This document shows, piece after piece, positions 45,392 through 54,425 of a stretch of 64,000 bases of DNA (positions within the stretch are counted from its first letter, which is position 1; every line of letters starts with the position of its first letter). The notes beneath the pieces are model-generated. The model was given only the letters and a program-made list of their open reading frames with translations. It was not told the DNA's origin and ran no database searches. The stretch lies in IMG/VR virus record IMGVR_UViG_3300050821_008714, one strand, 5' to 3'. The translations under genes were made by a program, and so were the position numbers. This DNA comes from an uncultured virus (IMG/VR IMGVR_UViG_3300050821_008714) (taxonomy: Duplodnaviria; Heunggongvirae; Uroviricota; Caudoviricetes).

Positions 45392-45688
45392 GTGGAGAGC
45401 ACACCGCCGAGGACCGTGTCCCGGCACGACGAGCTGGCCATGCGCTTCGACGCCGACCCGGACGCGGTCGAGTGGGCCCGCGAGAAGGTCAAGCGGCTCA
45501 TCGAGCGCGTCGAGAGGTTCGAGCGGCACGCCAACGAGGCCGGGACGCTGGAGGTGGGCGCGCGCTGGCACCTGGCCGCCGCCTTCATGCGCCAGACGAT
45601 GGTCGGCGAGGACGGCCCCGTGGTCGCGGCCTTCGACCGCCGCCTGCCGAGCTGGACCACGTCGTTCCGCAGGGAGGAGAAGCCGTGA
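45392..45688 (+). CDS. Hypothetical protein
   Basis: GTTCAGGGAAGAGGAG upstream of GTG. Confidence 0.6.
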   Translation: MESTPPRTVSRHDELAMRFDADPDAVEWAREKVKRLIERVERFERHANEAGTLEVGARWHLAAAFMRQTMVGEDGPVVAAFDRRLPSWTTSFRREEKP

Positions 45689-46080
45689 CGGTCGACGAGA
45701 TCAAGCAGGCGCACCTGCTGTACTGGAAGCACACCGAGTCGTGCTGGCAGGTCGGCAACCCCGCGCAGGGCACGAGCGGGTGCGCGGAGCACAACCGGCT
45801 GTATGCCGAATGGCAGGCCGCGCTCATGGCGTGCCCCGGCGTGTACGTCAACGCGGCCTCGATCCACGCGACCGGGCAGGGCACGGAGTGGTGGCACGAC
45901 TTCCTGCAGTACCGGGCGACGTACCGGATCATGATGCTGACCCCGTCCGAGTGGCACGTGATGTGCGACAGCGAGGACGACGCGCAGCTGCTCAAGATGC
46001 ACATGCTCGACGGCGGGATCCCGCTGTCCGCGATCAAGCTCAAGACGTACGGCCAGTGCCAGCACCTGCGGGAGGCGTGA
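45685..46080 (+). CDS. Hypothetical protein
   Basis: GGAGG RBS, GTGA overlap. Confidence 0.6.
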   Translation: MTVDEIKQAHLLYWKHTESCWQVGNPAQGTSGCAEHNRLYAEWQAALMACPGVYVNAASIHATGQGTEWWHDFLQYRATYRIMMLTPSEWHVMCDSEDDAQLLKMHMLDGGIPLSAIKLKTYGQCQHLREA

Positions 46081-46292
46081 TGGGCCGCATCGGGCTGTCG
46101 CAGTACGACCGCAGCGGCGACACCACGCCGCAGGCGAGGGCCTCGCGGTTCGCGGCGAACAAGGGACCGGCCGACTACCTGCGCACGATCGCCGGACCGG
46201 GCTGCTGGTGCGGCGGCGAGCTGGGCCACGACTGGCCGGGCAAGCGCGACGGCGCTCCGCACCCGCGAGAGGGGTGCGACGGCAATGGCTGA
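46080..46292 (+). CDS. Small protein with CWCG..HDW motif
   Basis: TGATG overlap. Confidence 0.55.
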   Translation: MGRIGLSQYDRSGDTTPQARASRFAANKGPADYLRTIAGPGCWCGGELGHDWPGKRDGAPHPREGCDGNG

Positions 46293-46521
46293 GGGCGCGC
46301 CGATCGAGCAGGCGGAGACCTTCCTGAAGTGGTCGCTGCCCTTCTGGCGGGCCGTGGCGTACGACGCCGACCAGAATCCGCACGAGCTCACCTACCGCGC
46401 GCTGCGCGCGCTGGTCGACCAGATCCGGCTCGACGACGCGCGGCTGAGCGGCTACGCCGCGCGCGTAGCCGAGCTGCAGCAGATCATCGCCGACGCGGCC
46501 CTTGAGGAGGCGGCGCAGTGA
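46285..46521 (+). CDS. Hypothetical coiled-coil protein
   Basis: Operon packing. Confidence 0.55.
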   Translation: MAEGAPIEQAETFLKWSLPFWRAVAYDADQNPHELTYRALRALVDQIRLDDARLSGYAARVAELQQIIADAALEEAAQ

Positions 46522-46685
46522 GGCTCTTCGGCTCCATCGAGCTCGGCCCGCTGCGCCTCGGCGCGAGCGTCCGGCCCCGCATCTTCCGGCGGCGCAGGCC
46601 GCGCCCCCACTACATCCACTACGGATGCCCGATCCACCACCGGTCCGCCCGCACGGCAGACCGCTGCCCCAACGGGAGGATCTGA
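46518..46685 (+). CDS. Small basic protein (55 aa; H..C..HH..C)
   Basis: GTGA overlap with GAGGAGG RBS; below the ORF-track cutoff. Confidence 0.5.
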   Translation: MRLFGSIELGPLRLGASVRPRIFRRRRPRPHYIHYGCPIHHRSARTADRCPNGRI

Positions 46686-46697
46686 CCCGTGGGCGGC

Positions 46698-46862
46698 ATG
46701 AGCAGGGAAGATAAGATCGCGCAGTACTCGCGGATCGCGGCGGCCCACCTGGCCGCGGCGTACAGCCGGACCGCCACCCCCGAGCAGGCCCAGCGGTCCA
46801 CGGACAACGCCCGCGCCGCGGAGCGGCAGCTGGAGCGGCTGCGCACCGGGCACATCGAGTAG
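46698..46862 (+). CDS. Small helical protein (MSREDKIAQY...)
   Basis: Fills the gap; phage-like codon usage. Confidence 0.5.
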   Translation: MSREDKIAQYSRIAAAHLAAAYSRTATPEQAQRSTDNARAAERQLERLRTGHIE

Positions 46863-46900
46863 CGACGACCCGCATTCCGACCTAGCAGAAAGAGACAGCC

Positions 46901-47269
46901 ATGCCCGCTGAAGTGATGTACAAGGGCCCGACCCCGCCGCCGGGGGAGCAGTGGTGCTTCGTCTGCGCGTACACCTGGAAGACCGCGCTGAACGACCTGT
47001 GCGAGCTGACCATCAAGCAGGCCGGAAGGGAGCCCGACGGCTCCCCGACCGTGTGGATCGACGGCACGTCCGGCAAGGAGCTGCCGCCGCTGGCGGTCGC
47101 GGTGGCCACCGGGCTGTTCGGTCCGATGGCCAACCTCGGCCCGCTCAACCTGTGCTGGAGCCACCTGAACGCGATCCGCCTGCAGACGGCCAGCGGACTG
47201 CACCTGGCCGCACCCGGGCAGATGCCCGGCGGCGGATTCCCGGGGATGAACGGGCTGGGAGGACACTGA
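46901..47269 (+). CDS. Zn-binding hypothetical protein
   Basis: WCFVC..LCWSH. Confidence 0.65.
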   Translation: MPAEVMYKGPTPPPGEQWCFVCAYTWKTALNDLCELTIKQAGREPDGSPTVWIDGTSGKELPPLAVAVATGLFGPMANLGPLNLCWSHLNAIRLQTASGLHLAAPGQMPGGGFPGMNGLGGH

Positions 47270-47754
47270 TGAAGGAAGCCGAGGAGCGCGAGCTGAAGAT
47301 CCTCGCCCTGCTCAACGCGCACGACTGGCAGCGCGGGCCGCTGGTCGTCGAGATGGAGCAGGCCGTCGACATCCGCGTCGCCCTCATGGATAACCGGGCG
47401 TTGCGCAGGCAGATCATGCATCTGCGCAGTACGGCAGCACAGTTGGCCCCGGTGATCCGCCAGCTGTGGGACGCCGCGCTCAAGCACGTCATGCCCGTGT
47501 GGACGATGCTGGCCCCGTACCTGGAGCCGGGCGCGCCTGTCGGCGCCGAATGGGAGGTCGAGACGGCGGCCGGGTACGAGACCGACCCGGTCCCGGCGCC
47601 GAAGGATGACGACCACGGCACGTGCACGGTGTGCGGCGGCGAGATCGAGTTCATCGTGGAGGCTGCGAGCAACGGCGACGCGCTCGACACCTGGTGGGCG
47701 CACCTGGTGCACCCGGCCGACGGACACCAGGCTCAGCTCGGCGGTCCGGCATGA
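47269..47754 (+). CDS. Hypothetical protein with C-terminal Zn ribbon
   Basis: CTVCG..WAH..H; TGATG overlap. Confidence 0.6.
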   Translation: MKEAEERELKILALLNAHDWQRGPLVVEMEQAVDIRVALMDNRALRRQIMHLRSTAAQLAPVIRQLWDAALKHVMPVWTMLAPYLEPGAPVGAEWEVETAAGYETDPVPAPKDDDHGTCTVCGGEIEFIVEAASNGDALDTWWAHLVHPADGHQAQLGGPA

Positions 47755-48215
47755 CGGTCTACGTGGACGACTTCCGGGCCGAGGCGCGCGTCGGCGGGCT
47801 GCACTCGCGCTGGTCTCACATGATCGCCGACACGCCCGAGGAGCTGCACGAGTTCGCGCGGCGCATCGGCCTGAAGCCCGAGTGGTTCCAGGACCCGTGC
47901 GTGAACGGCAAGCCGAGGGCCGAGCCGGGCACCCGCCTCGCGGAGAACTGGCACTACGACGTCACCGACTCGAAGCGCAGGCAGGCCCTGAGCATCGGCG
48001 CGAAGCCGATCTCCTGGCGGCGCCTGCACGAGGTCATCGACGCCCGCTGGCAGGCCAAGCAGGAGATCAGCGAGGAGAGCAGGCCGGCCGAGCTGCGCGC
48101 CAAGGCGGTCGCCGAGCAGGTGCTGGCCCAGCCGGTCCCGCCCGAGCTGCTGGACGTCAGGGGCCTGGAGCCGGAGAACCTGAAGGTCGTCGCGGACGAG
48201 ATGAGCCAGCCGTGA
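47751..48215 (+). CDS. DUF4031-domain protein
   Basis: MTVYVDD..WSHMIADTPEELHEFARRIGLK..WFQ..HYDVT..R..A..GA. Confidence 0.85.
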   Translation: MTVYVDDFRAEARVGGLHSRWSHMIADTPEELHEFARRIGLKPEWFQDPCVNGKPRAEPGTRLAENWHYDVTDSKRRQALSIGAKPISWRRLHEVIDARWQAKQEISEESRPAELRAKAVAEQVLAQPVPPELLDVRGLEPENLKVVADEMSQP

Positions 48216-48409
48216 CCACCTGGAAGCACGCGCTGGTGGAGAGGCGGCCCGCCGACACGGCGGGCCTGCGCGGTCGGCTGCGGCTGGCCTGGTTCAAGCA
48301 CCGGCGGCGCACGCTGGAGGCCAACCTGTTCGGCATGGGCCAGGTGCACCTGTGGCACGTCGTGAAGGATCAGAACACGGCGATGGGGGTGTGGAGGCGG
48401 TGGGTATGA
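48212..48409 (+). CDS. Hypothetical protein
   Basis: GTGA/ATGA overlaps. Confidence 0.5.
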   Translation: MTTWKHALVERRPADTAGLRGRLRLAWFKHRRRTLEANLFGMGQVHLWHVVKDQNTAMGVWRRWV

Positions 48410-49083
48410 CGGCGGCGGAGCAGGTGCGCGAGTTCCACGAGAAGTTCGGCCTGCCGACGGCCGCGACGCCCCGGCGGATCGCGTCCCAACCGGCCTGGAG
48501 GCGGCACCGGCTGCTCACCTCCGAGGTGGCCGAGCTGCAGGACGCGGTCGCCGAGGGCGAGCTGCCCGGCATCGCGCAGGAGCTCGCCGACTGCGTGTAC
48601 GTGCTCTACGGCACGGCGCTGACGTACGGCATCGACCTGGACGCCGTGATCGCCGCGGTGCACGCCGCGAACATGACGAAGATGGGCGCGAACGGCAGGC
48701 CGATCCTGGTGAACGGCAAGGTCCAGAAGGGCCCCAACTACGTCAGGCCGGACGTGGCCGCCGTGCTCGCCCGGCAGGAGGCGCCGGGTCCCTACGGGGG
48801 CCGCGGCACCGGCCCGGACCACCGGCTGACCGTGAGCATGTCCGCGCTCGGCGAGATCGGCGGCCCGCACGTCCTGTACCGCCTGGACCACCCGGCCGAA
48901 TGCGACCGGCTGCCGTACGGGCAGCGCTGCGAGCTGGACACCGGCGCCAGGCGGGGCTGGCCGGAGCAGGTCGGCGAGTTCACGATCTCGGCCTGGTGGG
49001 CCAAGGACTGGACGGATCAGGGATGGGAATATGACGCGGGCGTCGACTGGGCGCCCGTCGAGACCGAGGAGGCGGCACGATGA
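48406..49083 (+). CDS. MazG-like (PRA-PH family) nucleotide pyrophosphohydrolase with C-terminal extra domain
   Basis: VREFHEKFG..SEVAEL..ELADCVYVLYG..VHAANMTK..GKVQKGPNY. Confidence 0.85.
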   Translation: MTAAEQVREFHEKFGLPTAATPRRIASQPAWRRHRLLTSEVAELQDAVAEGELPGIAQELADCVYVLYGTALTYGIDLDAVIAAVHAANMTKMGANGRPILVNGKVQKGPNYVRPDVAAVLARQEAPGPYGGRGTGPDHRLTVSMSALGEIGGPHVLYRLDHPAECDRLPYGQRCELDTGARRGWPEQVGEFTISAWWAKDWTDQGWEYDAGVDWAPVETEEAAR

Positions 49084-49889
49084 CGAGCATGGCACTGCAC
49101 GCGGCGCCGACAGGGCGCAGACGGGGCTGGTTCGCCCGGCTGCGCGACTGGTGGACGGAGAACAGGGAACTGGCCATGGCCGAGCGCGAGCGCGAGGCAT
49201 TCGACTGGACCGAGCCCGAGCCGGACCCCGAGCCGCGCCTGCGCTCGTCCGCCCCGCCGAGCGGCGGAGGATGGCCGACGCTCCCGCCGCCCCAGCCGCC
49301 GCAGACGGTGCACCCGCCGTTCGCGCACAGGCCGGCCCAGCACACGCACGTCGCGATCCGGATGCAGCGCGTCCTGACCGAGGCGTCCTGGGATCCGGAC
49401 CTGACCCCGACGAAGCTGTGGAACTCGATGAGGCCCCTCGTCAACGAGCTGGTCGCGCTGGCCGGGCAGGAGCAGGACCAGCCGAGGCGGATGGAGCGCA
49501 ACCAGCATGCCGCGGTGGCGCAGACGGTGCTGCTGCAGGACGCGGTCCTGCGCGGCGTGCCGGACGAGGCCGCGGTGGAGCAGGCGAAGGAGGGGATCGT
49601 CGGCCGGGCAGGGCACGTGGCCCAGGTCGAGCGCACCGCCGCCATGGAGCCGATCACCGACGACACGCCGGACCCGCGCGCCGCGGACCTGCCGCAGGAC
49701 GTGAACCCCGGCGACGCCGAGGCGCCGCCGGAGCAGTCGCCGGTGCGCGACCCGGACGAGCCGATACCGCTGCCGACCGAGGAGTTCGTGGGCGGCGAGC
49801 ACGGGAAGCAGGATCCGCCCAAACCGCGCAGGTCGCCGCGCACCAAGCGCGCCCCGGCCCCGGAGCCGCAGGAAGCGGGGAGCACATGA
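49080..49889 (+). CDS. Pro-rich hypothetical protein
   Basis: ATGA overlaps; GAGGAGG RBS. Confidence 0.6.
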   Translation: MTSMALHAAPTGRRRGWFARLRDWWTENRELAMAEREREAFDWTEPEPDPEPRLRSSAPPSGGGWPTLPPPQPPQTVHPPFAHRPAQHTHVAIRMQRVLTEASWDPDLTPTKLWNSMRPLVNELVALAGQEQDQPRRMERNQHAAVAQTVLLQDAVLRGVPDEAAVEQAKEGIVGRAGHVAQVERTAAMEPITDDTPDPRAADLPQDVNPGDAEAPPEQSPVRDPDEPIPLPTEEFVGGEHGKQDPPKPRRSPRTKRAPAPEPQEAGST

Positions 49890-51067
49890 ACCGTCGAAAG
49901 CTCGGAGCGGTCGTCGCGGCGGCTGCGCTGGCCGCCGGAGGCGTAGGAGCGCTCGCCGCGGCCAGCGCCGGGCCCGGCCCGGCGGGCGACACGTACACGG
50001 CGGTCGCGCCTGTCCGGATCTGCGACACCCGAGGCGGCACCCAGGTCGCGGGCGGATGCAGCGCCGGGCAGGTGGCGGCCGGCGGCAGCGTCACGGTCAG
50101 CCCGGACGCCGCGGGCATCTCCGGGGAGTCGGCCGTGGTGCTCAACGTCACCGCGACCGGATCGCCCGGCGGCGGCAACATCACCGTCGACCCGGCCGGC
50201 GTCCCGGAGACGTCCAGCTCCAATCTGAACTACTCGAAGGGCCAGACGGTCCCGAACCTGGTGATCGTGCAGACGGGAGCCGGGGACAGGGTCACGCTCT
50301 ACAACAACTCCAGCTCGGGCGTGCAGCTGATAGTCGACCTGGAGGGCTACTACACGGGACCCGGCGCGTCGCCGACGACGCCCGCGCCCACCGCGGCGAG
50401 CGCGAGCCCGGCCCCGCCCGTGCCGCTGGGCATGGCCGGGACGTTCACCCTGATCGGCGGGGACGAGTTCAACGGCACGTCGCTGGACACGTCGATGTGG
50501 ACGCCCGGCTGGTTCGGGACCGGCATCACCGGCCCGGTCAACTCGGGCGAGCACCAGGGCTACGACTCGGCGAACGTCACCGAGCCGGGCGACGGCACGC
50601 TGCATCTGGCGCTCACCTCGGCGCACGGCGCGCTCGTGTCGAGCAACACGCATTTCAGCTTCGCCTCGCCGGGGGCGTACGAGGCCAGGGTGTACCTGCC
50701 AGGCAGCGCGGGCGACCTGTACGACTGGCCCGCCGCGTGGACGGACGGGCAGAGCTGGCCCGCCGACGGCGAGATCGACGCCGTGGAGGGTCTGGGCACC
50801 CCGGACACGCCGTGCTTCCACGTGCACACCAGCGCGGGCGGCCCCGGCGGCTGCCCGGCGGGGGACTTCACCGGCTGGCACACGTACGGGTTCCAGTGGA
50901 CCGGCACGGCCGTCACGTTCTACTACGACGGCGCGGACGTCGGCAGCGAGCCGTACAGCACGGGCAACTCGCCGCAGTACCTGGTGTTCGACAACACGTC
51001 CACCGGCACCCCGGTGCCGGACGTGATGCAGGTCGACTACGTCCGGGTGTGGTCCCAGGTAGGCTGA
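49886..51067 (+). CDS. Secreted GH16 glycoside hydrolase with N-terminal actinobacterial beta-domain
   Basis: Signal peptide MNRRKLGAVVAAAALAAGG; RICDTR..AVVLNVTAT..NLNY..VPNLVIV domain; DEFNG, WPAAW, GEIDAVEG, WHTYG, MQVDYVRVW. Confidence 0.88.
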   Translation: MNRRKLGAVVAAAALAAGGVGALAAASAGPGPAGDTYTAVAPVRICDTRGGTQVAGGCSAGQVAAGGSVTVSPDAAGISGESAVVLNVTATGSPGGGNITVDPAGVPETSSSNLNYSKGQTVPNLVIVQTGAGDRVTLYNNSSSGVQLIVDLEGYYTGPGASPTTPAPTAASASPAPPVPLGMAGTFTLIGGDEFNGTSLDTSMWTPGWFGTGITGPVNSGEHQGYDSANVTEPGDGTLHLALTSAHGALVSSNTHFSFASPGAYEARVYLPGSAGDLYDWPAAWTDGQSWPADGEIDAVEGLGTPDTPCFHVHTSAGGPGGCPAGDFTGWHTYGFQWTGTAVTFYYDGADVGSEPYSTGNSPQYLVFDNTSTGTPVPDVMQVDYVRVWSQVG

Positions 51068-51076
51068 CCGACCAGC

Positions 51077-51110
51077 AGGGGCGGCACCGCGCACAACGCG
51101 GGCCGCCCCT
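51077..51110. terminator. Hairpin terminator
   Basis: AGGGGCGGC / GCCGCCCCT stem between convergent ORFs. Confidence 0.55.
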
Positions 51111-51119
51111 GTCGGCGTG

Positions 51120-51305
51120 TCAGCTGACCGCGATCCCCGAGGCGTGCAGGGCGATCGGGACGAAGTACGCCAGGAAGGCGACGCAGGCGCACGCCCACGA
51201 CCAGCGCGCGGACGGCGGGGTCGGGCCGGTGCGCGCCTCCAGCACTTCGAGGGCCAGCGCGAAGAACATGAAGATCACGGCGATCCAGTCGCAAAACTCG
51301 GTCAT
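51120..51305 (-). CDS. Small 2-TM membrane protein
   Basis: MTEFCDWIAVIFMFFALAL..WACACVAFLAYFVPIAL. Confidence 0.5.
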   Translation of the reverse strand: MTEFCDWIAVIFMFFALALEVLEARTGPTPPSARWSWACACVAFLAYFVPIALHASGIAVS

Positions 51306-51323
51306 ATCCGCACGGTACGGCGC

Positions 51324-51385
51324 TTGACGGCGGGGCGGTAGGTGCGCCATAGTTGTCATCAGTAGGCCGACCGTTCAGGGAAGAG
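51324..51385 (+). promoter_or_regulatory. SigA-type promoter TTGACG-N18-CATAGT, TTGTCATCAG motif and GTTCAGGGAAGA start-associated motif
   Basis: Read directly from the sequence. Confidence 0.75.
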
Positions 51386-51391
51386 AAGACC

Positions 51392-51604
51392 ATGAAGCTC
51401 CGATTCGCCTCCATTGGCACCGTCGTGAAGTTCCGAGACGACTTCGGCGGGACGCGCGCCGTCCAGGGCAAGCTGTTCAGGATCGTCAGCGAGCCGCAGG
51501 ACACGCCCGACGGGCTGGAGTATGTGACGGTCGAGCGCATCGGCCTGAAGAAGCCGTGGAGCCGCCTCGCGTGGCTGGAAGACCTGCAGGTAGTCGAGCA
51601 GTAG
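51392..51604 (+). CDS. Small beta-barrel-like hypothetical protein
   Basis: ATG after the motif. Confidence 0.65.
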   Translation: MKLRFASIGTVVKFRDDFGGTRAVQGKLFRIVSEPQDTPDGLEYVTVERIGLKKPWSRLAWLEDLQVVEQ

Positions 51605-51622
51605 ACCAGGGAAGAGAAGACC

Positions 51623-51901
51623 GTGAAGAAGACCACGCACACCGTCGAGGCCCTCGACGCCCCCGCCCCCGACGGCGGCCCCGCCGTCAAGATCTCCTGC
51701 AACTGCGAGATCTGCCCCGCCGTCGGCATCGCCGCCGTCGTGCGCAAGGCCTACGCCGACGAGCACAACCTCGCCGCCCAGACCGCGCAGGCCTACACCG
51801 AGGTCCACAACCTCATCCACATGGCCAACAGCCCGCTGCGCCGCGCCCCGCAGATCATGGCCAACGGCCCGTGGCCCGCCAGCGCCGTTCCGGAGGCCTG
51901 A
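51623..51901 (+). CDS. Hypothetical protein (CxCxxC..H)
   Basis: CAGGGAAGAGAAGACC upstream, identical to the 51392 leader. Confidence 0.65.
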   Translation: MKKTTHTVEALDAPAPDGGPAVKISCNCEICPAVGIAAVVRKAYADEHNLAAQTAQAYTEVHNLIHMANSPLRRAPQIMANGPWPASAVPEA

Positions 51902-51903
51902 CC

Positions 51904-52329
51904 ATGCGCGTCACGACCCAGCACGCGATGGACCTGATGCCGCAGCTACGCGACATCCTGCAGCTGCCCGGAGACCTGGACCTGCCGAAGCTGGCGCGCA
52001 TCGAGATGGCCGCCGACTCCGTGGATCCGGGCTGGTCGGTGCGCGCGCAGCTGAAGACCCTGCCGACCGACCCGGAGCGCTGGGAGGCGCTGTCGGCGTG
52101 GGGCGGCGGGACCCGCCCGCAGCTGGGGTTCGCGCACATGTCGGACGACTACCCGTCGGGCGCGTACCGGAAGGCCACCGTGGAGATCGCCGTCGCCGAG
52201 GTGTCGGTGGAGATCTGGACGCACGTGGACGCGGAGTTCGAGCCGCCGCAGCGTCCGGCCGACGACCCGCCGGACGACGAGGACACGGACGCCTGGCCCG
52301 ACTTCCACGACGACCCCGGAGACATCTGA
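51904..52329 (+). CDS. Hypothetical protein
   Basis: GGAGG RBS. Confidence 0.6.
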   Translation: MRVTTQHAMDLMPQLRDILQLPGDLDLPKLARIEMAADSVDPGWSVRAQLKTLPTDPERWEALSAWGGGTRPQLGFAHMSDDYPSGAYRKATVEIAVAEVSVEIWTHVDAEFEPPQRPADDPPDDEDTDAWPDFHDDPGDI

Positions 52330-52739
52330 TGGACGACCTCACCCCCGCCCAGCTCGCGGTGCTCCGGGCAGCCGCCGACGCGCCGAGCGTGCGGCGCCCC
52401 GCCCGGCCCGAGCTGAGGGTCGGCGACACGGTCGCCGTCTCGGGCGGCAGCACGCGCAGCACCCACTTCGAGGCCGTCACGAAGATCGGCCCCAAGTGGG
52501 TCACCGTCGGCGCCGACCGCGCGGCGAAGCGGTTCGACCGCACGACCTGGCGCGGCACGTACGGGTACGGCACCGGCATCTCCATCTGCAGCCCGGAGCA
52601 GCACGCCTACGACGAGCGGATGAGTGCGGCCAGGAACAGGCTGTCCGACGCGGGCCTGCGGGGCGCGTACCTGGCGGAGATAGCGGACGGGCGCGTGCTG
52701 GCCATCGCGGCGCTGCTGGACCTGCTGGACGAGCGGTGA
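52329..52739 (+). CDS. Beta-barrel plus helix protein, paralog of 55389-55757
   Basis: LRVGDTV..VTKIGPKW..RF..PEQHAYDER..L..G..LAIAALL. Confidence 0.65.
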   Translation: MDDLTPAQLAVLRAAADAPSVRRPARPELRVGDTVAVSGGSTRSTHFEAVTKIGPKWVTVGADRAAKRFDRTTWRGTYGYGTGISICSPEQHAYDERMSAARNRLSDAGLRGAYLAEIADGRVLAIAALLDLLDER

Positions 52740-53086
52740 CCGCCCGACGCAGGACGCCCGCCCGCCGGATCACCTGCTGCAACTGCCGACGCGCCGACAT
52801 GCCGAATCGCGGCCACGGATGGTGCCCGGCCTGCTACGGCCGCTGGTACCGGGCCGGTATGCCGGACGGGCCCCCGCCCGCGCCCTGGGCGGCGCAGCCG
52901 CTCGACGAGGTCGCCATCGAGCTCGCCGTCAAGGGCACGCGCCCGCGCCTGACCCCGCAGGAGCGGCGGGCCGCCGTCGCCGAGCTGCGGGAGCAGGGCC
53001 TGAGCCTGTCGGCGGTCGCCGACCGGCTCGGCTGCTCCCAGCGCACCGTCGAGCGGCACACCGCAGCGATCAGGACGGAGGCCTGA
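52736..53086 (+). CDS. Zn-finger plus HTH DNA-binding protein
   Basis: CCNC..HGWCPACY; GLSLSAVADRLGCSQRTVERH. Confidence 0.75.
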   Translation: MTARRRTPARRITCCNCRRADMPNRGHGWCPACYGRWYRAGMPDGPPPAPWAAQPLDEVAIELAVKGTRPRLTPQERRAAVAELREQGLSLSAVADRLGCSQRTVERHTAAIRTEA

Positions 53087-53087
53087 C

Positions 53088-53567
53088 ATGGCCGGACAGT
53101 ACGCGGCCGGTACCGAGGTGTCCTCGGACCGGTCCCGCTCCGAGATCGAGCGGACGCTCACCCGCTACGGCGCGACGCAGTTCCTCTACGGCTGGTCCGG
53201 CGGGCGCGCCACCGTCGGTTTCACCGCGCACGGCCGCAGCATCCGATTCGAGCTGCCGCTGCCGAATCGCGGAGACAGGGAGTTCACCCGCACCGACACC
53301 GGGCGGACGCGCTCCGAGACCGCGGCGGCCGACGCCTACGAGAAGGCCGTGCGGCAACGCTGGCGCGCCCTGGCGCTCGTGGTCAAGGCCAAGCTGGAGG
53401 CGGTCGCCTCCGGCATCTCGACGTTCGAGGACGAGTTCCTGGCCGCCACCGTGCTGCCGGGCGGAGCGACCGTGGCGGACACGGTCCGCGACCATGTCGT
53501 CGAGGCGTACAGGACAGGGCGCGTGCCCGCGCTGCTCCCCGATTACCGACAAGCCATAGAGAGCTGA
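53088..53567 (+). CDS. Conserved phage hypothetical protein
   Basis: YAAGTEV..SRSEIE..RYGA..RQRWRAL.LVVKAKLEAV.SGI.TFEDEFLA. Confidence 0.75.
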   Translation: MAGQYAAGTEVSSDRSRSEIERTLTRYGATQFLYGWSGGRATVGFTAHGRSIRFELPLPNRGDREFTRTDTGRTRSETAAADAYEKAVRQRWRALALVVKAKLEAVASGISTFEDEFLAATVLPGGATVADTVRDHVVEAYRTGRVPALLPDYRQAIES

Positions 53568-53568
53568 C

Positions 53569-53829
53569 ATGCCCGTCTACGTGTTCGAGCGCGTCAAGCG
53601 CCACATGACCAAGTACGTCCCGTGTCGCGGCTGCGGTCGGCCGCTGCGCCGCTCCGCCACCTTCGAGCAGACGATCAACCCGTTCAACAAAGGCGCCGAC
53701 GGCGTGCCCAAGACGCGCGAGCAGATCGGCGCCGAGCTCGACGATCAGGCCAAGGGCTGGTACCCGGCCAACGACATCTGCCGCACCTGCGAGATCGCCA
53801 CGCACAAGCCAATCGGCGGCATCTCGTGA
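53569..53829 (+). CDS. Zn-ribbon protein
   Basis: CRGCG..QTINPFN..CRTC. Confidence 0.65.
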   Translation: MPVYVFERVKRHMTKYVPCRGCGRPLRRSATFEQTINPFNKGADGVPKTREQIGAELDDQAKGWYPANDICRTCEIATHKPIGGIS

Positions 53830-54161
53830 GCGGGGATCTCAGGCAGCGCCCCGAGGACCAGCCGCTCCCGGTCAAGGGCCGAGAGGACGTGCAGGCCCGG
53901 CTGATCGAGGCGATCCGGGAGCGCCGGGAGCTCGGCATCCGCCGGTACGGGCAGCCGCTGATGACGCACAACGGGCGCGATGCGATGCGCGACGCCTGGG
54001 AGGAGGTCATCGACCTGGCCGCGTACCTGACCCAGCTGCGGATGGAGCAGGCCGACACGGTGCAGGCCGTCGGGCTGATGAACCGCTGGCTTGACGACCA
54101 CTCCGAGGAGCCGGGCAGCGCGCTGATCGCCATGGCCCGTGACCTGCTGACCGGTGCATAG
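53826..54161 (+). CDS. MazG/dUTPase-like all-alpha nucleotide pyrophosphatase family protein
   Basis: RRELGIRRYGQPL..NGRDAMRDAWEEVIDLAAYL. Confidence 0.55.
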   Translation: MSGDLRQRPEDQPLPVKGREDVQARLIEAIRERRELGIRRYGQPLMTHNGRDAMRDAWEEVIDLAAYLTQLRMEQADTVQAVGLMNRWLDDHSEEPGSALIAMARDLLTGA

Positions 54162-54194
54162 GCCGAGACCAGCGCGCAGCGGTACATTGCGGGC

Positions 54195-54425
54195 ATGACC
54201 ACTCGACTACAGGCGCTCGTGAGGATCCAGGCCGGCACGGAGCGGGCCCGCTGGCCCGACATCGTGCCCGGCGACGTGTGGGACGACGCGGACGACGTCA
54301 ACGCCGCCAACCTGATCAGCGACGGGTCTGCCGTCGCGGCCCCGACCGGCACCGTGAACTACCCGCACGCCGACCTGAAGCTGCTCGACGGCGTGCCGGG
54401 GCTGCGCAGGGCGGTGAGCAACTGA
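54195..54425 (+). CDS. Small protein resembling head-module small domains, ends AVSN; possibly leaderless
   Basis: ATG 6 nt after TACATT. Confidence 0.6.
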   Translation: MTTRLQALVRIQAGTERARWPDIVPGDVWDDADDVNAANLISDGSAVAAPTGTVNYPHADLKLLDGVPGLRRAVSN

